From positions 32,001 to 96,000 of the forward strand of contig JAQBHB010000098.1 of the NCBI GenBank assembly GCA_032128115.1: a DNA stretch of 64,000 nucleotides. The letters run 5' to 3'. This DNA is from Deltaproteobacteria bacterium (GTDB taxonomy: Bacteria; Myxococcota_A; UBA9160; SMWR01). Positions 54,441-63,733 of this stretch are shown here, piece after piece; position 1 is the first letter of the stretch; each line of letters starts with the position of its first letter. The notes below the pieces were generated by a model, which was not told where the DNA came from, did not search any database, and saw nothing but the letters and a program-made list of their open reading frames with translations. A program made the translations under genes and the position numbers.

Positions 54441-55319
54441 ATGAGCGGAACGGTCGCCGAGAACAGGGAATCCATGTTGCCGGAAACCGTCTACACCCCC
54501 GACCCGATGAATCGTCGCCCGATCGCGGCGGCGATGGAAATGTTGCGAGACCTGAAGGCTTGTAGGGGGCTGGCGCGGCAGCTCCTGATTCGCAACCTGA
54601 GCGCTCGATATCGGCAGACCCTACTTGGCTACGTCTGGGCGATCATTCCCGCCATCGCGATGACGGTGACTTTCACGTTGCTGAGGTCGAGCGCAATCCT
54701 GCGTCTTGGCGAGACCGGAATTCCCTACTCGGCGTACGTGATGACGGGGACACTACTCTGGGCTGCGTTCGACGGTGCCATCAAGGTTCCGCTTCGAGTT
54801 GCCATCGACTCGATCCCAATGCTGACGAAGGTCAATTTTCCCCGTGAAGCACTCATCGTGGCCGCTCTCGGAGAAGTCGTCTTCGACACTTCGATCCGCC
54901 TCCTGTTGATGGTTCCGGTCTATCTCTGGTTCAAAGTCCCCGTCCCCGGCACGATCGTGCTTGCGCCTCTCGGGTTCCTGGCGATGATGGGGCTCGGGCT
55001 CGTGATCGGCGTCATGTTTGCGCCCTTGGGTGTTCTCTACCGGGACATCCAGAAGGGTGTCGATATCGCCGCGGCATTCCTGTTCTTTCTGACCCCGGTC
55101 GTCTACCCGCCGCCCGAGTCTGGAATCGCTTCGGTGCTCGTGGGCCTCAATCCTGTGAGCCCCCTCGTGGTGACGGGTCGCGAACTCCTGACGACGGGAA
55201 GCCTGACCCAGCTCCCGGAGTTCATGCTGGTGATCGCACTGATTGCCATGGCCCTTCCGCTGAGCTGGCTCTTCTTCAGGGTCTCCATGCCGCACGTGAT
55301 CGAGCGGGTGAGCGCATGA
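54441..55319 (+). CDS. wzm: Polysaccharide ABC transporter permease
   Basis: RYRQTLLGYVWAI, KVNFPRE, YRD, FLTPVVYP, LNP. Exact start uncertain (54429/54441/54474). Confidence 0.9.
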   Translation: MSGTVAENRESMLPETVYTPDPMNRRPIAAAMEMLRDLKACRGLARQLLIRNLSARYRQTLLGYVWAIIPAIAMTVTFTLLRSSAILRLGETGIPYSAYVMTGTLLWAAFDGAIKVPLRVAIDSIPMLTKVNFPREALIVAALGEVVFDTSIRLLLMVPVYLWFKVPVPGTIVLAPLGFLAMMGLGLVIGVMFAPLGVLYRDIQKGVDIAAAFLFFLTPVVYPPPESGIASVLVGLNPVSPLVVTGRELLTTGSLTQLPEFMLVIALIAMALPLSWLFFRVSMPHVIERVSA

Positions 55320-56533
55320 TCGCGGAGAGCAGGTCACCGCATGAAACCCTGATCCAGGTGGAAGGAGTCTCGAAGAAGTTCTGTCGCAGCCTCAAACACT
55401 CGCTCTGGTATGGCCTGCTGGATATCGCCTCGAGCTTCGCAGGGCCTGTCGGGCCGAGAGAACTGCGTCCCCACGAATTCTGGGCCCTGGATGACGTCTC
55501 ATTTCAGCTGCGCCGCGGAGAATGCCTGGGGCTCGTCGGTCCGAACGGATCGGGAAAGAGCACGCTCCTCAAGCTGGTCAATGGCCTGATCCGTCCCGAC
55601 AGGGGAAAGCTCACCATCCGCGGCAGGGTCGGGGCCCTGATCGAGCTCGGGGCTGGGTTCAATCCGATCCTCACGGGCCGCGAGAACATCTACAACAACG
55701 CTGCGGTTCTCGGAATGAGCCGCCACGAAGTCGACCAGAAGCTCGACTCCATCATCGACTTTGCGGACATCGGCGACTTCATCGAAACCCCCGTGCAGGC
55801 TTACAGCTCGGGGATGAAGGTTCGCCTCGGATTCGCAGTGGCCGTGCACCTGGAGCCGGACGTATTGATCATCGATGAAGTCCTTGCGGTGGGAGACGCC
55901 GGATTCCGAAGCAAGTGCTACAACGCCATTGCGGAGCTGGCAGAGCGGACCGCCATCATCTTCGTTTCTCATGCCATGTCGAGCGTGTCGAGACTCGCGA
56001 ACGAGGTCCTTGTCCTCGACAACGGCAAAACCCGATTCCAAGGCTCAACTTCCGAGGGCGTGCTCGAGTACTTCAATCTCTTCGCGACGCCGGGTGAGGG
56101 GGCTCGCTCCGGGAACGGCAAGGCTCGAATCGACGAAATCGAGTTCCTCAATGGCCATGACGAGACAACCACCAAGTTCCAATACGGTGAAACGTTCACC
56201 ACGCGTCTCAGCGTAACCGCGCACGAGGACATCGAATTTCTATGCGTCGATCTGGTCTTTTCGGGGATGGGTCAACAGGTGGTAGCCGAGTGCAACAACG
56301 TCTTTGCCCAACATCCGATCCGGCTCGCGCGAGGCCAGACGCTGTCCATCACCATGACCATTGAAGAACTCACGCTGAACACCGGATGCTACCAGCTCTC
56401 GGCTCTCCTTCTTTCCAGAGACATGATGGAGCACTACGACTGGCGCCGAGACTTCGTCACCATCGAAGTCCTCGCACCCCAGGTCGGAGTGGGTGGACAG
56501 CAGTTTCGAGCCAAATGGGAGATCCACGAGTGA
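55316..56533 (+). CDS. wzt: Polysaccharide ABC transporter ATPase with C-terminal Wzt carbohydrate-binding domain
   Basis: GPNGSGKST, YSSGMKVRLGFA, IDEVLAVGD, VSH, ~150-aa C-terminal extension. Confidence 0.92.
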   Translation: MIAESRSPHETLIQVEGVSKKFCRSLKHSLWYGLLDIASSFAGPVGPRELRPHEFWALDDVSFQLRRGECLGLVGPNGSGKSTLLKLVNGLIRPDRGKLTIRGRVGALIELGAGFNPILTGRENIYNNAAVLGMSRHEVDQKLDSIIDFADIGDFIETPVQAYSSGMKVRLGFAVAVHLEPDVLIIDEVLAVGDAGFRSKCYNAIAELAERTAIIFVSHAMSSVSRLANEVLVLDNGKTRFQGSTSEGVLEYFNLFATPGEGARSGNGKARIDEIEFLNGHDETTTKFQYGETFTTRLSVTAHEDIEFLCVDLVFSGMGQQVVAECNNVFAQHPIRLARGQTLSITMTIEELTLNTGCYQLSALLLSRDMMEHYDWRRDFVTIEVLAPQVGVGGQQFRAKWEIHE

Positions 56534-57282
56534 GCCTCCGGGGTCGAATCAGAGCATCGATCCGGAGCCTCTTGCGCCATGCTGCCGGGCGTGCGGCACC
56601 GGTACCGGTCCGGACGCGAGACTGGTCCCTCCGGAGCAGCGAGCGCCAGACGGGCGCGAGTCTCTCGGACATACGACGGGATCATCGCGTCCGCTACGAG
56701 CACGCAGCGCGCTCTCTGGAGCCTCTTGTGAATCGACAATCGTTCGGCCTCGATCTCTTCTGCGGAACGGGCTACGGCACCTACCTTCTCAGCGAGCACC
56801 TCTCCTGCTCGGTGCTCGGAATCGACGCATCACAGGAAGCGATCGCGTTCGCAGGGGAGCATTTCTCCACCGCGCGAACGCTCCATGCCCAGAAAATTTT
56901 TCCCTTCGAGCTGCCACGCTCGAAATTCGACTTTGTTACGTGCTTCGAATCTCTGGAGCACGTCGATGAATGGTCGCTTCTGCTCGATGAACTTGCCGCG
57001 GCGCTCAAGCCGGCGGGGGCGCTCTTTCTCTCCATTCCAAACGAGGCCGTTCTCTCTCTCGGCAAGAATCCCAACAGATTTCATGTTCGCCATTTCCAGG
57101 TCGACGAGATACTCGGCGAAGCGGCCGAGCGCGGACTGGATACTGTGAGCTGTTACGGACAGGATGCCTACGTTCTCGAGGATGGAAGGGTCCTGGGCCT
57201 CCTGGTTGATTCCGAGGTCGGCCTTCAGGACGAGAAACTCATGCAGTTCTCGATCTTCGAATTTCGAAAGGGCTCCCGATGA
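56530..57282 (+). CDS. Class I SAM-dependent methyltransferase
   Basis: H..RY, LDLFCGTGYG, GIDAS, CFESLEHV, LKP.G.LFLSIPN. Confidence 0.88.
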   Translation: MSLRGRIRASIRSLLRHAAGRAAPVPVRTRDWSLRSSERQTGASLSDIRRDHRVRYEHAARSLEPLVNRQSFGLDLFCGTGYGTYLLSEHLSCSVLGIDASQEAIAFAGEHFSTARTLHAQKIFPFELPRSKFDFVTCFESLEHVDEWSLLLDELAAALKPAGALFLSIPNEAVLSLGKNPNRFHVRHFQVDEILGEAAERGLDTVSCYGQDAYVLEDGRVLGLLVDSEVGLQDEKLMQFSIFEFRKGSR

Positions 57283-59900
57283 GCCGGGTCCAATCCCGCC
57301 GTTCTCGTATCGGCAGGCTTCGCACGGCACTCTCCCTGCGGGCAAGATCGCGTCGCCTGATCCGCTCGATGCTGCTCTCGGCATATCCTGCGAGTCCGAG
57401 CTCGATCGGGGAGATCAATGGGATTATCGAGGGCCGAATCCTCGCGTCCGTCGTGGTTCTCCTGGTGGGCGGCCTGTTGCGTGGAATTCCCGGCTTGGCA
57501 CGGATCCTCGGCATGCTGCTTGAGGGGCTCGGCGGCGAGGTTCCGCTGAAGCCAATCATCTGGTCAGCGGACGAGGGCCCGAGGGTCCTGATCAGCATCC
57601 TGAGTTGGGACGCGCCGCATTACGTAGGAAGGCTCCTGAGAGATTTGAAGGAGAACCTCCCGGGCAACTGTGCCCACCACATCCGCATTCTCGATCAGGG
57701 CTCGCGGAACCGGACGCGGCGCCTGGTGAATCGTTTCATGAGACGAATTCCGCACGCGACCGCTTCACTGTCTTCTCGCAACATCGGGTTCTCAGCCGGG
57801 CACAACTCCAACTATGACGAGGTCTGGAGGCGCTCGCATTTCGACTACTTCGTCGTGTTGAACAGCGACGTCATCTTTCGCAAGGCCGGTTGGCTGGACA
57901 CCCTCTTGATCTTCATGGAAACCCACGCGTCGGTAGCCGTGGCGGGACCCTCTGCCTATTGCATTCGCAGGGAGTCGGGCGAGCTTCGCGGACATGGGCG
58001 CCCCGCAGACCCCCAGGAAATCGGGGCCGGCCTGTGGGATTTCGTGAGTGGGGCCATTTCGATTCTCCGTACACGAACGATCCGCCGGCTGGGGCTGTTC
58101 GATACGACCTATACGCCGGGCTATTTCGAAGATTCCGACCTGTGCTTGCGCTACGCGCGTTATGGCGAGAAACACGCGATCGTTCCGGACTGCCCATTCG
58201 AGCACCGGTATCTGAAAGGACGACCTTCATCGGTAGGCGCTCATCGCCGGAATCTCGATGAGAGGTTTGGCGATTTCATGGAGCGAAATCGCAATGAGTT
58301 CCTGGAGCGGTGGCTGGATTCGGATTCCTGGCCGAGAGAACCCGAGGCGCTCGCGCAGACCCACCCGCTCATCTACTTTCCGCCTGAAGCCCTAGACGCC
58401 GACTGTTGGATTCAGGGACCTGGAAAAGGGACACGAGACGGCTTCAGCTACGACATCGGCTTGAAGAGCCGTTTGGTGGTGCATCACTCGACCCGGATTC
58501 GCCCAGGAGCGCATTTCGAGATCCACGACGGAGGAGAAGTTCGTATCGGAGCGGGCTGCGTAATCGGGATGTTCAACTGGGTCCAGGGAAACGGCGGGGT
58601 CGAGATTGGCGCGAATACCATCACGGGACCCCATGTGTGTCTGCTTTCTACGCAGCACGGAATCGAATCCGGTCACCTGATCCGCTCCCAGCCGCTCCAT
58701 CGCAAGAAGCTCACACTCGGCCGCGACGTCTTCATAGGTGCCAATGCGACGATCTGCGCGGGAATTTCGATCCTCGATGGCGCAGTTGTGGGCTCAAACA
58801 GCTATGTGGGCTCGGATGTCGCCCCCCTGGCGATCGTCGGCGGCGTTCCGGCGCGCCGGATCGGCGAGAGACGCCAGGCAGCATATCAGCGAAGCGCGCT
58901 GGCGGTGGTGGCTGTGGGAAACTCGGACCGTCCCGACCGGTTCGATTTCCAGACCAATCTGTTTGGGACCATCGGGGTCGGTTTGGCCAATCTTGGAGTC
59001 GATCTGCATCTGGTCTGTCACCCCGACGCGCCTGGGAATCCAAGTCGCATCGCGCCGGGACATCAGATCTTTCGCGAGGATCATGCCGATTTCGAAGCCC
59101 TCCTGGACCGATTCGATCCCGCTTGGCTGTTCGTCTGGAACGGTGGATCCGATGGAGACCGGATCACCCAGAAACATGCGGCGCAGCACGGAATCCCCGT
59201 CGTTTACGCGGAACTCGGCTGGTTTCCCCAGGCCACGACGTTCTATTTCGATCCATGCGGAACCAACGCGCGTTCGGAGATTCGAAATCTGGATCTGACC
59301 GGTGTCGAGATCGATCCGCGCCTGGATTCCTGGGTCGCCAGATACCTCGCGGAGATGGGCTGGGGACCCGTCGACCCAGGCGAATACGTCTTTGTCCCGC
59401 TCCAGGATGAACGAGATCTCAACATCACCTTGGCGTCTCCCTACGAGACCATGGCTGAGTTCGTCGACGCGTTGTCGCTTCGATTTCCCGACAAGCGTTT
59501 TGTGGTTCGGCCGCATCCGCGCTTCCCGGATGTCGTCTTGAATGAACGTCCGAACGTCGATGTTCGGTCAGGCGGAGGTCTCTACGGATGGCTGCGCGGG
59601 GCCAGATCCGTCGTTGGCATCAATTCGACGATCCTGTTGGAGTCTCTTTTGATGGGGAAACCCACTTTCTCGGTTGGTGCCGGGCTGGCGACGGGGCTCG
59701 ACGTGATGTTCGAGGCCGCGAGTGTGGAAAACCTCGATCTCGATCGCCGCTCCGATTCGAGCCGCGAAGAACGGAGAAAGAGATTTCTCTCGGAGCTGAT
59801 ATTTCGCCGCCAATTGGACCGATCTCGGGCAGGTGACCCCCAGTACCTTCTCGAGAGCATGGTTGTGGGCGGGTTGCTCAAGCGCGCTCTCGAAGATTGA
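57279..59900 (+). CDS. Three-domain fusion: GT2 + hexapeptide O-acetyltransferase + KpsS/KpsC-like (GT107) domain
   Basis: GT2: DQGS, NIGFSAGHN, LNSD, YFEDSDLC. Left-handed beta-helix: IGANATI, VGGVPAR. KpsS-like: ELGWFP, D..GTNA.S, FVPLQ...D, RPHP, INST..LESL..GKP. Confidence 0.78.
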   Translation: MSRVQSRRSRIGRLRTALSLRARSRRLIRSMLLSAYPASPSSIGEINGIIEGRILASVVVLLVGGLLRGIPGLARILGMLLEGLGGEVPLKPIIWSADEGPRVLISILSWDAPHYVGRLLRDLKENLPGNCAHHIRILDQGSRNRTRRLVNRFMRRIPHATASLSSRNIGFSAGHNSNYDEVWRRSHFDYFVVLNSDVIFRKAGWLDTLLIFMETHASVAVAGPSAYCIRRESGELRGHGRPADPQEIGAGLWDFVSGAISILRTRTIRRLGLFDTTYTPGYFEDSDLCLRYARYGEKHAIVPDCPFEHRYLKGRPSSVGAHRRNLDERFGDFMERNRNEFLERWLDSDSWPREPEALAQTHPLIYFPPEALDADCWIQGPGKGTRDGFSYDIGLKSRLVVHHSTRIRPGAHFEIHDGGEVRIGAGCVIGMFNWVQGNGGVEIGANTITGPHVCLLSTQHGIESGHLIRSQPLHRKKLTLGRDVFIGANATICAGISILDGAVVGSNSYVGSDVAPLAIVGGVPARRIGERRQAAYQRSALAVVAVGNSDRPDRFDFQTNLFGTIGVGLANLGVDLHLVCHPDAPGNPSRIAPGHQIFREDHADFEALLDRFDPAWLFVWNGGSDGDRITQKHAAQHGIPVVYAELGWFPQATTFYFDPCGTNARSEIRNLDLTGVEIDPRLDSWVARYLAEMGWGPVDPGEYVFVPLQDERDLNITLASPYETMAEFVDALSLRFPDKRFVVRPHPRFPDVVLNERPNVDVRSGGGLYGWLRGARSVVGINSTILLESLLMGKPTFSVGAGLATGLDVMFEAASVENLDLDRRSDSSREERRKRFLSELIFRRQLDRSRAGDPQYLLESMVVGGLLKRALED

Positions 59901-60173
59901 GTCCCGCGTGATTTCTTGTCTGCGATCAGGTCCATCGTCGCCTCGGCTCTGGTGCCGATCTGGTGGAAACTCGGATTCAGCTCCGAACTTCTGAAATCGG
60001 TTCTATAATGCCGACTCGATCGGTAGCGCTACACCCTTGAGCGCCCGCCGGAACGAGCACGAGAGTGGGAAAAGGCGTGCTCTTCAAGTCGGCCGAGTTC
60101 GCTCTCTTTCCGCCTCTTGTTCCGCTGCTCTTCTGCATTTGTCCCCAAAGCGGACGACATTGATTGCTGAGCC

Positions 60174-60377
60174 GGTGCCCGGCGTGGACGGCCTGGTGCT
60201 GGCCACCGGCCACTTCCGCAACGGCATCCTGTTGGCACCGGTGACGGCCCAGCTGGTGTGCGACCTGGTGCTGGGCAAGGGACTGCCGGAAGAGGCGGCC
60301 CCGTTCTCGCCGGCTCGATTCCTGTCGAGCTGACTGCACTGCGCTCGTCTGAGGCTCGCTGCGCGGAGCCCGACCGG
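60174..60377. repeat. 204-bp direct repeat, right copy (orphan thiO 3' fragment retaining GHFRNG)
   Basis: Matches 53955-54158. Confidence 0.95.
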
Positions 60378-60451
60378 GGTCGGCATTGCGCAGTCCGTCC
60401 AGTGGATTGCAACGCGTTCTCCTCGCGCCGACAGCATTGCCGAATCCCGGA

Positions 60452-61864
60452 TCACAGGTAGCCGAGTGCCCGCAGCTGCTCCTTCACCTCGTCGGAGAGC
60501 TCCCGCGCCGGCCGCTCGGGGTCGTCGGCCAGGATCGGGTCGAGCACGGCGCGCAGCAGCGCTACCCGCTCCGGGTGCGTTGCCGCCACGTCGCGAGCCT
60601 CACCCGGGTCGTTCGCCAGATCGAAGAGCTGGTACTGCGCACCCCCGGGCTTCGGGATGTAGACGAGCTTCCAGCCCTCGTGACGGATCGCACGCCGCTT
60701 GCCGCGAATTCCAGGCAGGTAGACATCGGGGCTCGCGCCGACGAAATCGCGGCCGCTCTCCGCGTAGGCGGGCATGGCGGGCAGCGCCCCTCCCGCGATG
60801 GCGGGCAGCAGGCTGATGCCGTCGAGGCCTTCGGGAACCGCCCGGCCCAGTGCGTCGAGCAGTGTCGGGGCGATATCGACCGTCCGCACCTGTTGGTCGA
60901 CGGTGCGGGGCGCCGTCCGCGAGGGGTGCCCGGGTGGGAGTCTCACGATCAGCGGAACGCGCAGGACGGGCTCGTCCACCCTCGCGCCGTGCTGCAGGTA
61001 GCCGTGCTCGCCGAAGCTCTCGCCGTGATCGGAGGTGACCACGACGACGGTCTCGTCGAGAAGGCCGCTCTCGCGCAGCCGGTCGATCAGCCAGCCGATG
61101 TCAGCGTCGGTGCGCCGCAACCCGGCGTCGTAGTGCGCGATCATGTGGCGGATCGTCTCCTCGCTGTAGTCGTAGTCGAAGAAGGCCCGCCGGTATTGCT
61201 CCGGGTCGGTGATCCGGAGCCCCTTCCCGCGCGCTCCGGCCGCGATGCCCAGGGCGCTCCAGCCGCCCTCGTTGAAGCGGTGGTCCTTGCCCTGACACGT
61301 GTCCAGGTCGGCCATCTGCTCGGGAGTGGCCCCGTAGGGCCAGTGGGGACCGTTCATGCGGACGAAGGCAAAGAAGGGCCGCTCCTGCTCCGCGATCCAG
61401 TCCCAGGCCGCCTCCAACAGATCGCGGTCGCTGGTGGCCGAGGCGTCCTCGATGAATCCGAAGCCGCGTCCGGCGGTGATCCTGCGGATGAAGGTGACCC
61501 GATCGAACACAGCCGTGACATGGCCCGCCGCCGCGAGCTCGCTGGCGAGGGTCGGGGTGTCGGGCGCCAGCGGCCAGTCGCCCAGGTAGCGCACGCCGTG
61601 ATGCGGCGGGTACAGGCCCGTCAGGATGGAGGCGAACGACTGGAAGGTGCGCGGCGCCACCGTGATGGCCTGGCTGAAGTTCACGCCGTCGGCGGCGAGG
61701 GCGTCCAGGTGTGGGGTCTCGATCCCGTATCCGTTCGTCGAGAGATGGTCGGCGCGCACCGTGTCGGGCACGACGACCAGCACGTTCCACGGGCGCTGCG
61801 GGGGTGCGCAGGCGAGCGCGAGGCAGGCCACGCATCCCAGGGCGACGGCGCGCAGGGCGATCAA
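60452..61864 (-). CDS. Sulfatase-like hydrolase/transferase lipoprotein (no formylglycine motif)
   Basis: NVLVVVPDTVRADH, TFQSFASILTG in place of CxPxR, PHWPY, TSDHGE, VDIAPTLL, LRALGYL. TTG start overlaps the upstream stop; start uncertain. Confidence 0.82.
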   Translation of the reverse strand: MIALRAVALGCVACLALACAPPQRPWNVLVVVPDTVRADHLSTNGYGIETPHLDALAADGVNFSQAITVAPRTFQSFASILTGLYPPHHGVRYLGDWPLAPDTPTLASELAAAGHVTAVFDRVTFIRRITAGRGFGFIEDASATSDRDLLEAAWDWIAEQERPFFAFVRMNGPHWPYGATPEQMADLDTCQGKDHRFNEGGWSALGIAAGARGKGLRITDPEQYRRAFFDYDYSEETIRHMIAHYDAGLRRTDADIGWLIDRLRESGLLDETVVVVTSDHGESFGEHGYLQHGARVDEPVLRVPLIVRLPPGHPSRTAPRTVDQQVRTVDIAPTLLDALGRAVPEGLDGISLLPAIAGGALPAMPAYAESGRDFVGASPDVYLPGIRGKRRAIRHEGWKLVYIPKPGGAQYQLFDLANDPGEARDVAATHPERVALLRAVLDPILADDPERPARELSDEVKEQLRALGYL

Positions 61865-63615
61865 CGCGGCCCCTCGAAGGCGGTCAGGCGACACAAGTGG
61901 CCATCGGCGAGGACCGCGTACGCAACATGGGATGCCCCCGGGTCGTAGCGCGGCACGATACCCGTCCAGTGCGAGCGGGGCGAGAGATCGGAATCCGGAC
62001 CTCCCGCGATGGCGTCCCACCAGTCGGGATTGCGATTGCCGAGGCCGCGTACCCTGCCCGTCGGGTCCGCGATCACGATCGAGGAGGGGGGCGCCGAGGC
62101 CGCGTGGTCCCAGGCCCAGCCCCGAACGCGGAAAGTGGGCCCGGAGCGGTTCTCAAGGCGCGAGACCCTGTCGATTCCCCCCGAGCAGCGAGACGGCTCG
62201 GCCACGGCGCCAAGACTGCCAAGCGACCGGCCGGGCCAGTCGGCGCGAGGGTCGTCGAAGAAGCCGCGGCGCTGGTCTGCCAGCGCCTCCATCGAGTCCA
62301 GCACCAACTCGACGCTGCCACCGGAGAGCCTGCGCGCGAGCGACTCGCTGCGCACGTCGAGCAGCAGCGCCAGCGATCCCATCGAGAGCAAACGGTCTCG
62401 CGACTGCTGCGCGCGCATCGCGTCCGCGAAGGCGGGAAGCATGCACACGCTCGCCAGGATCGGAAGGAGAACCAGCGCCCGGACGCTGCCACTTCGCGCG
62501 CGCGACCCGGGAACCAGACTCACTGCGGCGCACACGGCACCAACCCAGAACAGCACCGACCAGATCGCGTAGCGGGGCATGATCGACTGGTCCGCTCCCA
62601 TCCCCACCCGCGCGAGCCCCGCCGCGAGTCCCGCTCCCGCCGGAAACACGGCGAGCCCCAGCGCAAGCAGGGCCCGGGGCGTCGCGCGCGCGGGTCGAAG
62701 CCAGAGGAAGAGGGCGAACACCACGAGCGCCACCAGGCCCACGGCGCCCGCCGTGGCGGCGAAGGCCAGCGCGCGCTCGTCGTCCCACCCGAACAACCCT
62801 TGCACGGTGCGCGCCAGCGCGCCGCCCACGAACGAGGCATCGAATCGCAGGATCTCAGCCAGCGCCGGAAGGCCGAGGGTGCCGGGCTCGAGCGGCACCG
62901 CCCGCGGGCGCGGCCGCGCGTGGCTCCCGGCAACGACCAGGTAGACCGCGACACTCGACGCGGCGCCGGCGGCAAGCGACGCTGTCTGCCGCAGCGGAAG
63001 CCGGGCCACGAGGGCAATTGCGAGCAGCGAGCCCCAGGTGGCGAACCCGGTGCCGAAGCTGAAGGTGGCCATCCCGGCGAAGACGCCGGCGAAGACGAGC
63101 CACCGCAGGGGCGCGCCCGATCGGGTCCGGTGCTGCACGAACGTGATCCCGCACGCCACGGCCAGCGTGAACCACAGGAGCGTCGAGGTGTTCCACAGGG
63201 CCGCGCCCCACAGCAGGCTGTGAACAACGGCGCCCCAGAACACCGCAAACACCAGGAAGGAGGCCGTGCTCCGAGCGAGCGGCGTCGAAGGCTCCCCCTC
63301 GGCCGCGAAGATCCGGCACAACACGAGTGCCGCGAGGGCGGTGCACAGCAGCGATACCCCCACGAGCAGGAGCCCCCTGGCTCCGAGCGAGAAGTCGGCA
63401 GCGTAGACCAGCAGGGTGAGGGGGATCACGTGGCTGTTGTGGGGAGTAACCAGCCACTCGCCGAAAGGCGTGGTCTGCAGCCAGGCGATCATGCGCCACT
63501 CGTCGTAGTTGAAGACCGTGAAATGGTGGCGGAGCGCGAGCCATGTCACGAACGCGACGAAGAGACCCACGAAGGCGATTTGGAGCGCCGAGAACACCGA
63601 GTCGAGTCGACGCAT
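61861..63615 (-). CDS. Multi-pass membrane protein, GT-C-like, with C-terminal periplasmic domain
   Basis: YDEW after TM1, HNSH, PRY, many TMs, G.ID...VRGWAWD C-terminal domain. Confidence 0.62.
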   Translation of the reverse strand: MRRLDSVFSALQIAFVGLFVAFVTWLALRHHFTVFNYDEWRMIAWLQTTPFGEWLVTPHNSHVIPLTLLVYAADFSLGARGLLLVGVSLLCTALAALVLCRIFAAEGEPSTPLARSTASFLVFAVFWGAVVHSLLWGAALWNTSTLLWFTLAVACGITFVQHRTRSGAPLRWLVFAGVFAGMATFSFGTGFATWGSLLAIALVARLPLRQTASLAAGAASSVAVYLVVAGSHARPRPRAVPLEPGTLGLPALAEILRFDASFVGGALARTVQGLFGWDDERALAFAATAGAVGLVALVVFALFLWLRPARATPRALLALGLAVFPAGAGLAAGLARVGMGADQSIMPRYAIWSVLFWVGAVCAAVSLVPGSRARSGSVRALVLLPILASVCMLPAFADAMRAQQSRDRLLSMGSLALLLDVRSESLARRLSGGSVELVLDSMEALADQRRGFFDDPRADWPGRSLGSLGAVAEPSRCSGGIDRVSRLENRSGPTFRVRGWAWDHAASAPPSSIVIADPTGRVRGLGNRNPDWWDAIAGGPDSDLSPRSHWTGIVPRYDPGASHVAYAVLADGHLCRLTAFEGPR

Positions 63616-63733
63616 CGAGGCCCGAAATTCCGTCGGCGTTGCCATCGAGGCGACAAGCTACTGGATTCGCTGCGACTTGGCGCGACGCAAATCCGCTGAT
63701 AGGCTGCGCCGGATCCATCGAGGGAAGCACTTG

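Larger units (their letters stand above)
54159..60377. mobile_element. Direct-repeat-bounded polysaccharide island without integrase
   Basis: Flanked by the 204-bp repeat. Visibly more A/T and A/T-ending codons than the flanks. Four co-oriented glycan genes. Confidence 0.7.

Noticed and set aside
53955..60377. Repeat pair as diversity-generating retroelement TR/VR
   Set aside because: Only one of the four differences involves an adenine, and there is no reverse transcriptase in the window.
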